From an uncultured Lachnospiraceae bacterium (lineage in GTDB: Bacteria; Bacillota; Clostridia; Lachnospirales; Lachnospiraceae): DNA of 64,000 nucleotides. The stretch spans positions 34,591 to 98,590 of the forward strand of contig CAJUPI010000004.1 in NCBI GenBank assembly GCA_910588125.1, written 5' to 3'. A program made the translations under genes and the position numbers. The notes under the pieces are model-generated. The model searched no databases and was not told where the DNA came from. It saw only the letters and a list, made by a program, of their open reading frames with translations. This document shows, one piece after another, positions 55,459 through 64,000 of the stretch; the stretch's first letter is position 1; every line of letters begins with the position of its first letter.

Positions 55459-56253
55459 ATGGGAAAAAGACAGGTGATTCAATACTATGATATCGGGTTG
55501 AATCTGTTTTGTAAGCAGTTTCCGGATCCGGGGACGATTATCGAGAATGCTGCCGCTGCCGGAGTTTGCTGCATTCTGACAGGGACAGACCGCCGTGAAA
55601 ACCAGCAGATCGATGCATTTGTCAGAACGCACCCGGTGTTTGGCACAGCCGGGATTCATCCTCACAGCGCCGATTCAGCAAAAAAAGAGGATTTTGAACA
55701 AATAGAACGTTTGCTTGTGCAAAACGAGAGGATTTTGGCGGTTGGGGAGTGCGGGCTTGATTTTGACCGGATGTTTTCAGCCAAGGAGAACCAGATCCGA
55801 TGCCTGGAAAAGCAGATTGTGTTGGCCGAACGTTTGGATAAACCGCTGTTTCTTCATGAAAGAGCAGCTGCGGACGAATTTGTCCGGAGATTTAAGAAAC
55901 ACCCGGATATCTGTAAAAAGTCGGTGGTTCACTGTTTCACCGGGGACAAAAGAACGTTAGAGCAATATCTCTCCATGGGATTTTCCATCGGGATTACCGG
56001 ATGGATCTGCGATGACAGAAGGGGGAAGGAATTGCGGGAGGCAGTGAAAATCATTCCTCTTGACCGGATATTGCTCGAGACAGATGCTCCGTATCTGACG
56101 CCAAGAAATATCGAAGGGCTTGGGAGAATCAATGTACCGGAGAATATTGTGTATGTGGCCAGAGAGCTGGCAAAATACAGAAAGGTCTCAGAGGAAGAGC
56201 TGATTTCCCATGCCAGGGAGAATACTGAGAGACTTTTCGGAATTTTGCAGTAA
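55459..56253 (+). CDS. tatD: TatD-family metal-dependent hydrolase (DNase)
   Basis: N-terminal YYDIGLNL, conserved GECGLDF and HCFTG motifs. Confidence 0.85.
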   Translation: MGKRQVIQYYDIGLNLFCKQFPDPGTIIENAAAAGVCCILTGTDRRENQQIDAFVRTHPVFGTAGIHPHSADSAKKEDFEQIERLLVQNERILAVGECGLDFDRMFSAKENQIRCLEKQIVLAERLDKPLFLHERAAADEFVRRFKKHPDICKKSVVHCFTGDKRTLEQYLSMGFSIGITGWICDDRRGKELREAVKIIPLDRILLETDAPYLTPRNIEGLGRINVPENIVYVARELAKYRKVSEEELISHARENTERLFGILQ

Positions 56254-56273
56254 ATTTCGGTTTGTTTTTGTGC

Positions 56274-57230
56274 TCATACTGTTGAGGTATGAGCTTTCAC
56301 ACATTGCTTTTGAAAATAATCGTCAGTAATATCCAGAAAATGCTTCATAGCAGTGGAAATGTGATTGTCATTATAATAAGCGACTACCACTTTCCAGGCA
56401 AAATCGACATCTGGTTCCAGATAATAACAATCGAGATAATCAAAGGATCCGAAAATTTCTAAATAATGTTCCGGAATAAAAGTATAGCCGATATCATTGG
56501 CGACCATGCGCTTGATGGTTTCCTGATTGCGGCTGGTCATAACAATGCGGGGAGTAATCCTCGCCTTTTTAAAAATGGTTTCATTGATTGTGCGGATGCG
56601 CTGTCCTTGATGTCCGATGATAAAAGGCGCGTTGTCAAGCTGCGTGATATCGACGTAGGAAAACTGGTCATGCGGGCTTTTGCGGTAGCATTGTTTCCGG
56701 ATCTCGTTGTCACGGGAAGCAAGCAGTACCATTCGGCTTTGCAGGAACATGTGATGGGGAAAGGCGTTGAATTTAAAGGGGAGCGGAATGACGCAGATAT
56801 CGATGGCCCCATCCATCAAAAGCTGCTCTAACTCGGTGGAGGAGGATTCTACCAGCTGCAGGTCAATCTGCGGAAAACGCTCCCGATAAACCGGTATAAT
56901 GCAGGCAGCAACCAGAGTGCCCAACAGATAAGGAACCCCCACAGTCAGCTTCCCGCTCTCCGCGTTGGAGAGATGAGAGAAGGTATTTTCCAGATCGTTT
57001 AGAATCTTTTCAATTTCTTGGCCCGATTTTACGAAGACCTCCCCTTCCGGAGTCAGCTTTAACCGGCCTTTAACACGGGTGAACAAGGAGACGGAAAATT
57101 CGGATTCTACTTTTTTCAAGGTCTGGCTCAGTGATGGCTGGGCCACATAAAGCTTCTGGGCAGCCTTGGTGATGCTGCCCTCGCGGGCGATAGTAAGGAT
57201 ATATTCAATCTCTCTCAGATTCAGGTTCAT
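56274..57230 (-). CDS. LysR-family transcriptional regulator, divergent from the PrpD/LeuCD/Tct cluster
   Basis: 318 aa from ATG 57230 (GGAGG RBS); N-terminal HTH LREIEYILTIAREGSITKAAQKLYVAQPSLSQTLKKVE. Confidence 0.85.
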   Translation of the reverse strand: MNLNLREIEYILTIAREGSITKAAQKLYVAQPSLSQTLKKVESEFSVSLFTRVKGRLKLTPEGEVFVKSGQEIEKILNDLENTFSHLSNAESGKLTVGVPYLLGTLVAACIIPVYRERFPQIDLQLVESSSTELEQLLMDGAIDICVIPLPFKFNAFPHHMFLQSRMVLLASRDNEIRKQCYRKSPHDQFSYVDITQLDNAPFIIGHQGQRIRTINETIFKKARITPRIVMTSRNQETIKRMVANDIGYTFIPEHYLEIFGSFDYLDCYYLEPDVDFAWKVVVAYYNDNHISTAMKHFLDITDDYFQKQCVKAHTSTV

Positions 57231-57518
57231 GAAAAATTCCTCCTGTGTAAAGTGCAGTAAATGGATAAGCATTCTGGTGGCCGAAGCTTGTGACAAAAGC
57301 AGGCGAAGGAATGACGTTTTCTATAAGTTTAGGAGAACTAGCGAAAATTGTCAAGGCGTGATCGGGGCAAAAAGGATATAAGATTTGTTAAAAATTAAGA
57401 TAATGTTAGATAATTAAAAAAACAAATAGGTATTTTGAATAAAATATATATTGTTTATCTATTGGATTAAAAAAGTCAGAGCATTTATAATGGAATTAGA
57501 AAAAAACAGGATAAGGTG

Positions 57519-58895
57519 ATGGAGATGAAAACAGTTTCTGAAAAAATAGCTGAATTTGCGTTGCATCAAAAAATAACAGAAATTCCTCACCAGGTAGCAG
57601 GTTATGGCAAGCTGTTGCTGATGGATACATTTGGTGTGGCGATGGCAAATCTGGAGTTGGAACATGCACAGGCGATTCACAGTGTCGTACTGAATCTGGA
57701 ATCCAGGCCAGTCAGTACGCTTTGGGGAAGCAGGGATAAGGTACAGGTGTCGGAGGCTGTTCTGTACAATGCCGGATTGATTCATGGTTCGGATTATGAT
57801 GATACACATGTGGCAGGAATTGTTCATCCCAGCGCTGCCATAGTCAGCACGGCCGTAGCCGTGGGAGAGGCTTTGGGAGCAAGCGGAGAAGAAGTCTACG
57901 GGGCAATTTTGATTGGGTGGGAAATCATTGTCCGTCTGGCGTTGGCTGCCAGAGGGAGGTTTCACGATGTGGGGTTCCACGGGACAGCCATTGTAGCTCC
58001 TTTTGCCGCGGCCTGTGTAGCGGGGCGGCTGATGGGAGTGTCAGAGGATGTGCTGGTCAATGCGCTGGGAATCTGCGGCAGCCAGGCGGCGGGACTCCAG
58101 GAGTTTTTAAGAGACGGAAGCTGGGTCAAAAAGCTCCATCCGGGCTGGGGAGCGCACAGCGCCATTTATGCGGTGAATCTGGCTAAGGCAGGCATGACCG
58201 GACCGAAAAAGGTGCTGGAGGGAGATTTCGGCGTCTGGAAAACTCACTGTGGGACTACGAAAGGATTGGAGGAATTTGCGGATCTGGGCAAGGTGTGGCA
58301 TACCTTGGAGATTACCTTCAAGCGCTATCCGGTCTGCCATATGACACATTCCTTTATCGATTGTATTTTGAAGGCCAGAGCGCAGGAACAGCTTTGGCCA
58401 GAGGAGATTGAGCGGATCGAATGTCGGATTGAAAATCGCTGCTATGGGATTGTCTGCGAGCCCGAGGAGGCCAAGAAAAACCCAGAAACCGACTATATGA
58501 TGCGGTTTAGCCTCCCTTATGTAGTAGCGGCGGCTATGGTGCAGGGAAGGGTGAGCCCGTGGGAAATTGATATGAGACTGGTCAGAGATTCCCGCATCCA
58601 GGATCTGATGAGCAAGGTAGTCTGCATTGCCGATGACAGCAAACAAAATCCGGGATATTTTCCGGGGTGGGTAAAAATTATTAGAAAAGATGGGAGAGAA
58701 TCGATATTTGATCAGCGATGGGAGATGGGAACACTGCAGAATCCGGTGGACATGGATGCGGTGATGACAAAGTTTTGCAATAATCTGGAGCGATTCTATA
58801 CCAAAAGACAGATAGAAAGGATTTCGGATTTGCTGCAGAGTATAGAAAAACTGGAGGACATGGGGACGCTAATAGAGAGCCTGGTGGTTTCATAA
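57519..58895 (+). CDS. MmgE/PrpD-family protein (2-methylcitrate dehydratase / cis-aconitate decarboxylase superfamily), paralog 1
   Basis: About 458 aa; MmgE_PrpD N- and C-domains (DTFGVAMA ... DDTH ... HPGWGAHSAIYAVNLA). Confidence 0.8.
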   Translation: MEMKTVSEKIAEFALHQKITEIPHQVAGYGKLLLMDTFGVAMANLELEHAQAIHSVVLNLESRPVSTLWGSRDKVQVSEAVLYNAGLIHGSDYDDTHVAGIVHPSAAIVSTAVAVGEALGASGEEVYGAILIGWEIIVRLALAARGRFHDVGFHGTAIVAPFAAACVAGRLMGVSEDVLVNALGICGSQAAGLQEFLRDGSWVKKLHPGWGAHSAIYAVNLAKAGMTGPKKVLEGDFGVWKTHCGTTKGLEEFADLGKVWHTLEITFKRYPVCHMTHSFIDCILKARAQEQLWPEEIERIECRIENRCYGIVCEPEEAKKNPETDYMMRFSLPYVVAAAMVQGRVSPWEIDMRLVRDSRIQDLMSKVVCIADDSKQNPGYFPGWVKIIRKDGRESIFDQRWEMGTLQNPVDMDAVMTKFCNNLERFYTKRQIERISDLLQSIEKLEDMGTLIESLVVS

Positions 58896-58960
58896 AGAGT
58901 AAACTTTGCATGTGGGACAAAAATAATGAAATTCATAAAGCAGGAAACAGGAGGAGTTTT

Positions 58961-60217
58961 ATGGGACAGACACTGGTAGAAAAGATATTGAGTGAAAAAA
59001 TGGGAAGGCTGGTCCATGCCGGGGAGACGATTGTCGTGGATGTGGATTTCGCTGCGTTGCATGATGGGTCAGGCCCCCTGCTTGTGCGGCTGATGAAGGA
59101 ACGGGGATATCAGGAGGATCCGGTGTTTGACCCGGAGCGAATTTTATTTGCCAATGAGTTTGGTCCGGTTCCTACCAGAGAAGTGGCCAATGAGCATGCA
59201 CTGACGAGAAATTATGCCTGTAGTCATCAATGCCACTGGGAAGAGGGCGGTACGGGCCACGTTCATGCCCATGTGTATGAGGAATATTTAAAATGCGGTT
59301 CTGTCTGCATTGTAGGGGATTCTCACACTACCGTCCATGGCGCTTTTGGCTGTTTTGCCACCGGCTGCGGTTCCACGGATATGGTGGCAGTGACCAGGTA
59401 CGGAAAGACCTGGATCAAGGTTCCGGAGACTTTTCGGATCAATGTGACGGGAAAGCTTCCCCGCGGTGTTTATGCCAAAGATATTATGCTGAAACTGGCA
59501 AGCATGATCAAATCCGATCAGGCCATCTACAAATCCCTGGAATTCAGGGGGGATACCATAGAAGATTTATCGATGGCAGGCCGTCTGACAATCACCAGCA
59601 TGGGGGTGGATGTGGGAGCGAAAACAGCAATCATGGAGACGGATGAGCATACCAGAGAATTTATGGCCGGGTTCGGGAGAGAGGCGGATTACCGGGAAAT
59701 CCGGGGAGATGAGAACGCTAAGTATGAGAGAGTCATCGATATCGACGCCTCGGCATTGGAACCGTTGGTATCCTGCCCTCATTATGTGGAAAATGTAGAT
59801 CTGGCCAGAAACTGCCAAAATCAGAAGGTCGATATGGTATTTATCGGCAGCTGCACCAACGGCCGGACAGAGGATCTGCATGTGGCGGCAGAGATTCTCA
59901 AAGGGAAAAAGGTGGCAAAGGGACTACGGCTTTTGGTGATTCCCAACTCGACTGCCGTATATAAGGAGTGTATGAGGGACGGCACTTTACTTGCGCTGGC
60001 AGAGGCCGGGGCAGTCATCGAGGCGCCTAATTGCGGCCCCTGTATGGGAGTGCATCAGGGAATCCCCGGAGACAATGAGGTGGTGGTAGCTACCCAGAAT
60101 CGGAATTTTAAAGGCAGAATGGGCAATCCCACGGCCAGTATTTACTTATCCAGCCCGGCAACGGCTGCGGCTACCGCGCTGAGGGGAACCATCACGGACC
60201 CGCGGGAAGTTATGTAA
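58961..60217 (+). CDS. Aconitase-family dehydratase large subunit (3-isopropylmalate/homoaconitate dehydratase LeuC-like, small archaeal/clostridial type)
   Basis: AGGAGG RBS before ATG 58961; aconitase Fe-S cluster cysteines in IGSCTNGRTED and NCGPCMG contexts. Confidence 0.75.
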   Translation: MGQTLVEKILSEKMGRLVHAGETIVVDVDFAALHDGSGPLLVRLMKERGYQEDPVFDPERILFANEFGPVPTREVANEHALTRNYACSHQCHWEEGGTGHVHAHVYEEYLKCGSVCIVGDSHTTVHGAFGCFATGCGSTDMVAVTRYGKTWIKVPETFRINVTGKLPRGVYAKDIMLKLASMIKSDQAIYKSLEFRGDTIEDLSMAGRLTITSMGVDVGAKTAIMETDEHTREFMAGFGREADYREIRGDENAKYERVIDIDASALEPLVSCPHYVENVDLARNCQNQKVDMVFIGSCTNGRTEDLHVAAEILKGKKVAKGLRLLVIPNSTAVYKECMRDGTLLALAEAGAVIEAPNCGPCMGVHQGIPGDNEVVVATQNRNFKGRMGNPTASIYLSSPATAAATALRGTITDPREVM

Positions 60218-60294
60218 CAGGAAGAATGCATTGGCAGGCGACGCAAAGGGGCGCGTGATGCTAATGTTACATTGGATATCAGGAGGAAAGGATC

Positions 60295-60801
60295 ATGATC
60301 AGAGACAGTATCAGAGGAAGAGCGTGGAAGTTCGGCAGCAATGTCAGCACGGATTCCATTGCTCCGGGACGGCTGATTTCGCTCCGCGCTAATCCGAAGG
60401 AATATGCAAAGCATGTTTTGGAGGATGCCAGGCCGGAATTTGCAGGGAACGTGCAAAAGGATGATTTCATTGTGGCGGACCGGAATTTTGGCTGCGGTTC
60501 CAGCCGGGAGATTGCCCCGCTAATCATCAAGGAGGCAGGTGTGGGGGCGGTGCTTTCCAAGACCTTTGGCCGGATTTTTTATCGCAATGCTATCAATAAC
60601 GGGATGTTGCTGATTGAATGCGATACCGATCGGATTGATGAAGGGGATGAGCTTTTGGTGGATGTGGCCGGCCGGGTGATCCGCAAATTGGGCGATCCGG
60701 ATTTTGCGATGGAGTTCCGGCTTTCGGAGAAGGAGATTAAGATAATTAGCGAGGGCGGGCTGTTGAATTATATCGAGAAACATAATTCGCTGGATATCTG
60801 A
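60295..60801 (+). CDS. Aconitase-family dehydratase small subunit (LeuD-like swivel domain)
   Basis: 168 aa; AGGAGG RBS; LeuD-type motifs (GDNVSTDSIAPGRL-like, NFGCGSSREIAP). Confidence 0.75.
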   Translation: MIRDSIRGRAWKFGSNVSTDSIAPGRLISLRANPKEYAKHVLEDARPEFAGNVQKDDFIVADRNFGCGSSREIAPLIIKEAGVGAVLSKTFGRIFYRNAINNGMLLIECDTDRIDEGDELLVDVAGRVIRKLGDPDFAMEFRLSEKEIKIISEGGLLNYIEKHNSLDI

Positions 60802-60822
60802 CGGAGGGAGGAGACAGGATTG

Positions 60823-62172
60823 ATGACGGAATTGCGGCATCTGGCGCGTTTTGCGTCTGAGCTGCGCCTGGAGGAGATTCCGAAAGAGGTGGTGAGCGCG
60901 GCAAAATACTGTGTGCTGGACAGTGTGGGGGCTGCTTTAGGAGCCGTTGATTATGAAGAAATACCTACGGTTTGCCAGGAACTTAAAGAATGGGTGGCTG
61001 GGAATGCGCCCCGGCAGGCAGCCGTGTGGGGGCAAGGCTTTTATCTGGATGTGTTCCAGGCATTGTTGTTAAATGGTATAATGGGACATGCACTGGAGTT
61101 AGACGACGTGCACACCCGGTCGAAATCTCATGTGGGAGCTGTGGTGGTGGAGACGGCATGGACGTTGGCTGATGCCCTGGGGAGTAATGGAAAAAATTTC
61201 CTGGAGGCAGTTATCGCCGGATATGAGATAATGTCCAGAGTGGGAACGGCCATGGACGTGGTCAGCAGCCGCAAACGGGGGTGGCATGGAACCGGCGTGA
61301 TCGGAACCTTCGGGGCGGCGGCCGCGGCCGGGCATCTGCTGGGACTATCCGAGGAACAGATGGTGTGGGCCTTTGGCATGGCCGGTACCCAGTCCTCAGG
61401 GCTGTGGGCGTTTCTGGGAGAAGGTTCTACCTGCAAGAAGCTTCATCCGGCCCGGGCGGCAGTGAATGGCCTGACAGCAGCAATTTTGGCCCGGGCCGGC
61501 ATGACAGGCCCGGAGCATATTCTGGATGCGCCGGACGGCGGGTTGTACCAGGCAGTATCGGATTTTTTCGATATGGAGGAGTTGGACAGGGATCTCGGGC
61601 AGCAGTATGAGATTCTGGAAATAGATAAAAAGCCATATCCCTGCTGCCGGACCACCCACCATGCTATTGACGCGGCGCTGGCGCTGAGAGGACAGGCTTC
61701 GCCGGAGCAGATCAAAGAGATTCGGGTGGAGACGTATGAGGTGGGGGTCCTGCAATGTGGTTCTCCGGTATATCCGGAGAGCCCGGTGGAAGCAAAATTC
61801 AGCATTGCCTACACAGTGGCTGCCGGTCTGGTGAGAGGAAATGTCTCTTTGGCTGAATTTACCGAGGAGGCGTTGCAGGATGAACGGATTCGGGAACTGG
61901 CAGGAAAGGTATCGGTGGTGGAAAGCCCGGTATTCAGCGGACGTTATCCGAAGCGCTGGGGATGCTGTATGGTGATTATCAAAAAGGATGGCATGGTCTT
62001 AAGAAGGCAGATCGATGATATGTCAGGAAGCCGGGCATGTCCTTTAACTAAGGAGCAGGAGCTGGAAAAATTCCGGGGATTGACAGAGCCGGTGCTTGGT
62101 TCTGTGAGAGGGCAAAAGCTGGCAGATGAGATCCTGGCGATTGAGAAACGGGAGCGGATGCCGGAGATGTAG
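60823..62172 (+). CDS. MmgE/PrpD-family protein, paralog 2
   Basis: About 449 aa; same domain architecture as 57519-58895 (LDDVH ... WHGTGVIGTFGAAAAAG). Confidence 0.8.
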   Translation: MTELRHLARFASELRLEEIPKEVVSAAKYCVLDSVGAALGAVDYEEIPTVCQELKEWVAGNAPRQAAVWGQGFYLDVFQALLLNGIMGHALELDDVHTRSKSHVGAVVVETAWTLADALGSNGKNFLEAVIAGYEIMSRVGTAMDVVSSRKRGWHGTGVIGTFGAAAAAGHLLGLSEEQMVWAFGMAGTQSSGLWAFLGEGSTCKKLHPARAAVNGLTAAILARAGMTGPEHILDAPDGGLYQAVSDFFDMEELDRDLGQQYEILEIDKKPYPCCRTTHHAIDAALALRGQASPEQIKEIRVETYEVGVLQCGSPVYPESPVEAKFSIAYTVAAGLVRGNVSLAEFTEEALQDERIRELAGKVSVVESPVFSGRYPKRWGCCMVIIKKDGMVLRRQIDDMSGSRACPLTKEQELEKFRGLTEPVLGSVRGQKLADEILAIEKRERMPEM

Positions 62173-62214
62173 AAAATGAGATTCAAAAGTACAGGAAAAA
62201 TAAAGGAGGATTTC

Positions 62215-63279
62215 ATGATGAAAAAGAGAATTTTATTGGCAGGTGCATTGGTGTTGGCGATGGCGGTGGGAACTGGCTGCAGCTCGGGCAGCAAGCCAGA
62301 AGCACCGGCGCCGGAAGCGTCAGAGGGGACGGCTCAGGCAAGCCAGGAACCGGCGTCAGAGGCGGGGAATGCCGGTGAGCTGAGCTATCCGGAAAAGGAT
62401 ATCACAGTCATCGTTCCCTTTACGGCAGGCGGAAATGCCGATCTGTCCATGCGTGCACTGTGCACGGCCGCGAATGAAGGGGGATTCTTTAACGGACATA
62501 CCTTAGTTGTGGAAAATGTCGGCGGAGGCGGGGCGGTGATTGGCCAGACCCAGGCATTTGAAGCGGAGAAGGATGGATATACGCTGATGCTCTATACCAG
62601 CTCTGTGATCAATAATGATATTTTTAATGAAACCGAGTACCGCTACAATGATTTCCTTCCGATAGCAGGCTATAACCCAGATCCGGAAGTGATATTTTGT
62701 CCGGCCAATGCACCCTATGATACGCTGGAGGAATTTTATGAGTGGGCAGCCGGGCAGGAGACTGTGCTGGCGGCGACTCCCGGCCACACGACAGGACATC
62801 ATATCCGGTTGATGAATATGGCGGAAGATCATCAGTTCAATTTTGATTATATTCATACGGACGGGGCGGCGGATCAGCTGCTGCAGGTTATGGGCGGCCA
62901 TGTAGATATTTCCATGAATACAGTAGGCGCGACAAAATCAGCCTATGAGGATGGAACAATCAAGATTCTGGCTGCGATGTCAGAAGAACGGGTTGCCGGG
63001 ATGGAGGACGTCCCCACATTCCGGGAGTTAGGAGAAGAGCTGATTGACGGGGCGGATCGGGGAATCTGTGTGGTAAAGGGTGTGGATGATGCGATCTATC
63101 AGTATCTGGTGGAAGAATTTAAAAAGGTGATTGAGACAGACGCTTTTGTGAAAAATATGGAAACTATCAATGGAATCGGTATGTATAAGACTCCGGAACA
63201 GTACCAGAGCTATATGGATAATACGTACAACTCCATCAAGGATATTCTGCCAAAGCTGGAGGAAGAAGCATCCAATTAA
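62215..63279 (+). CDS. tctC: Tripartite tricarboxylate transporter substrate-binding lipoprotein (TctC/Bug family)
   Basis: AAAGGAGG RBS; lipoprotein signal LAMAVGTGCSSG; TctC-family core. Confidence 0.75.
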   Translation: MMKKRILLAGALVLAMAVGTGCSSGSKPEAPAPEASEGTAQASQEPASEAGNAGELSYPEKDITVIVPFTAGGNADLSMRALCTAANEGGFFNGHTLVVENVGGGGAVIGQTQAFEAEKDGYTLMLYTSSVINNDIFNETEYRYNDFLPIAGYNPDPEVIFCPANAPYDTLEEFYEWAAGQETVLAATPGHTTGHHIRLMNMAEDHQFNFDYIHTDGAADQLLQVMGGHVDISMNTVGATKSAYEDGTIKILAAMSEERVAGMEDVPTFRELGEELIDGADRGICVVKGVDDAIYQYLVEEFKKVIETDAFVKNMETINGIGMYKTPEQYQSYMDNTYNSIKDILPKLEEEASN

Positions 63280-63307
63280 TAGCCGCAGGAAGAAAGGACA
63301 GTGATTT

Positions 63308-63739
63308 ATGAAAAAAAACAAGTATGCGGAATATATATTTTCTCTGACTTTATTGCTCATCGGCGCTGCTGTCCTGATCATTGGCAAGGACTTTCGTGGC
63401 AATGACAAGTATTTTCCGGTCATCATTGGCGCCGGAATGGTGATAACGGCGATATGGATGGCATGGGAAGACAAAAAACAGGATACGGCTTGTATCGATT
63501 TGACCAAGATTAATTTTGCGGCGGTGGGAATTACGATTGCGGCCCTGGCTGTTTATATGGTATTGTTCCGGCTGATCGGATATGTGTTTTCCACTATTTT
63601 GCTGGGAACCAGCATTATTCTGGGCCTTCGCTATAATAGTGTGAAGGGGGCAATCCTCTGGCCGGCGCTGATGGTACTGGTAGTGTTTGTGATTTTTAAG
63701 ATTCTTTTAAAAGTGCCGTTGCCGGTTCTGTTTCTGTAG
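63308..63739 (+). CDS. tctB: Tripartite tricarboxylate transporter small membrane subunit TctB
   Basis: 143 aa, 4 TM helices, position between tctC and tctA. Confidence 0.7.
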   Translation: MKKNKYAEYIFSLTLLLIGAAVLIIGKDFRGNDKYFPVIIGAGMVITAIWMAWEDKKQDTACIDLTKINFAAVGITIAALAVYMVLFRLIGYVFSTILLGTSIILGLRYNSVKGAILWPALMVLVVFVIFKILLKVPLPVLFL

Positions 63740-63753
63740 GGAGGTGAGAGCAT

Positions 63754-64000
63754 ATGCAAATGTTGTTAAATTGGGGAATCGGCTTGTCAAATGTATTTTT
63801 GACGCCTACGAATTTATTACTGCTTTTGTTGGGGACGCTCCTGGGAATGATTGTCGGCGCGTTGCCCGGGCTTAATAGCCCGATTGCTATGTCTATTATG
63901 ATTCCCCTCACTTACGGAATGGATCCGGGGGCCGCGCTCTGTATCCTGGCAGGTATCTACACCGGGTCAACGTGCGGCGGCAGTGTCTCTTCGATCCTGC
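63754..64000 (+). CDS. tctA: Tripartite tricarboxylate transporter large membrane subunit TctA (N-terminal part; continues beyond window)
   Basis: GGGAGGTGAG RBS; MQMLLNWGIGLSNVFLTPTNLLLLLLGTLLGMIVGALPGLNSPIAMSIM matches the TctA N-terminus; open to window end. Confidence 0.75.
   Translation, partial: MQMLLNWGIGLSNVFLTPTNLLLLLLGTLLGMIVGALPGLNSPIAMSIMIPLTYGMDPGAALCILAGIYTGSTCGGSVSSIL

Noticed and set aside
58961-60801. Annotating the aconitase-family pair simply as biosynthetic leuC/leuD
   Set aside because: The genes sit inside a LysR/PrpD/Tct transport-catabolism cluster rather than with leuA/leuB. Sequence alone cannot separate isopropylmalate isomerase from homoaconitase/citramalate-type isomerases. 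They were left as LeuCD-like.

Overview
This 64-kb window looks like a Clostridia/Lachnospiraceae-type Firmicutes chromosome (about 50% GC, AGGAGG-type ribosome-binding sites, compact operons). The organism assignment is an inference; I ran no database search. It splits into a core-metabolic half and a large accessory segment.

Core half, 5' to 3':
- Two AraC-family regulators and a divergent GH36 alpha-galactosidase.
- A small HTH / membrane-protein gene pair.
- A locus that looks dedicated to taking up and degrading D-amino-acid-containing (muropeptide-like) peptides. It carries:
  - D-alanine aminotransferase;
  - two paralogous lipoproteins;
  - a DmpA/S58 peptidase;
  - a TyrR-like PAS/AAA+ regulator that lacks the GAFTGA sigma-54 contact motif;
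  - a five-gene Dpp-type ABC peptide transporter;
  - an M55 D-aminopeptidase, an M42 peptidase and a C26 gamma-glutamyl-hydrolase-like peptidase.
- A methyl-accepting chemotaxis protein.
- A stand-alone Spo0A C-terminal-domain protein.
- A Na/Pi cotransporter.
- An OYE-like flavin oxidoreductase.

Accessory segment (about 30.9-52.5 kb):
- It opens with an operon of two tandem WYL-domain proteins plus a Cof-type HAD phosphatase.
- Next is a 650-bp non-coding stretch containing tRNA-like fragments.
- Then a cytoplasmic SPFH/band-7 protein and an XRE repressor with twin palindromic operators.
- These sit over the promoter of a complete Tad/Flp (type IVc) pilus locus:
  - tadZ/cpaE, cpaF, tadB, tadC and flp;
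  - two TadE-like pseudopilins and an 842-aa TadG-like protein;
  - two A24 prepilin peptidases;
  - an embedded FHA-domain membrane protein and PP2C phosphatase pair.
- After the Tad locus comes a 1409-aa secreted protein with acidic 12-aa tandem repeats and choline-binding-type cell-wall repeats.
- A PD-(D/E)xK Rpn-like putative transposase closes the segment.
- Two families of repeated intergenic elements, including a roughly 150-bp palindromic terminator-like repeat found in both orientations, flank genes here and at the far end of the window.

The 3' end of the window encodes a MATE pump, a MarR regulator, an EamA transporter, TatD, and a LysR-controlled cluster of two MmgE/PrpD proteins, LeuCD-like dehydratase subunits and a TctCBA tricarboxylate transporter.

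No rRNA, intact tRNA or CRISPR array was found. The most interesting candidate systems are the Tad locus with its FHA/PP2C module, the tandem WYL pair, and the peptidoglycan-peptide scavenging locus.
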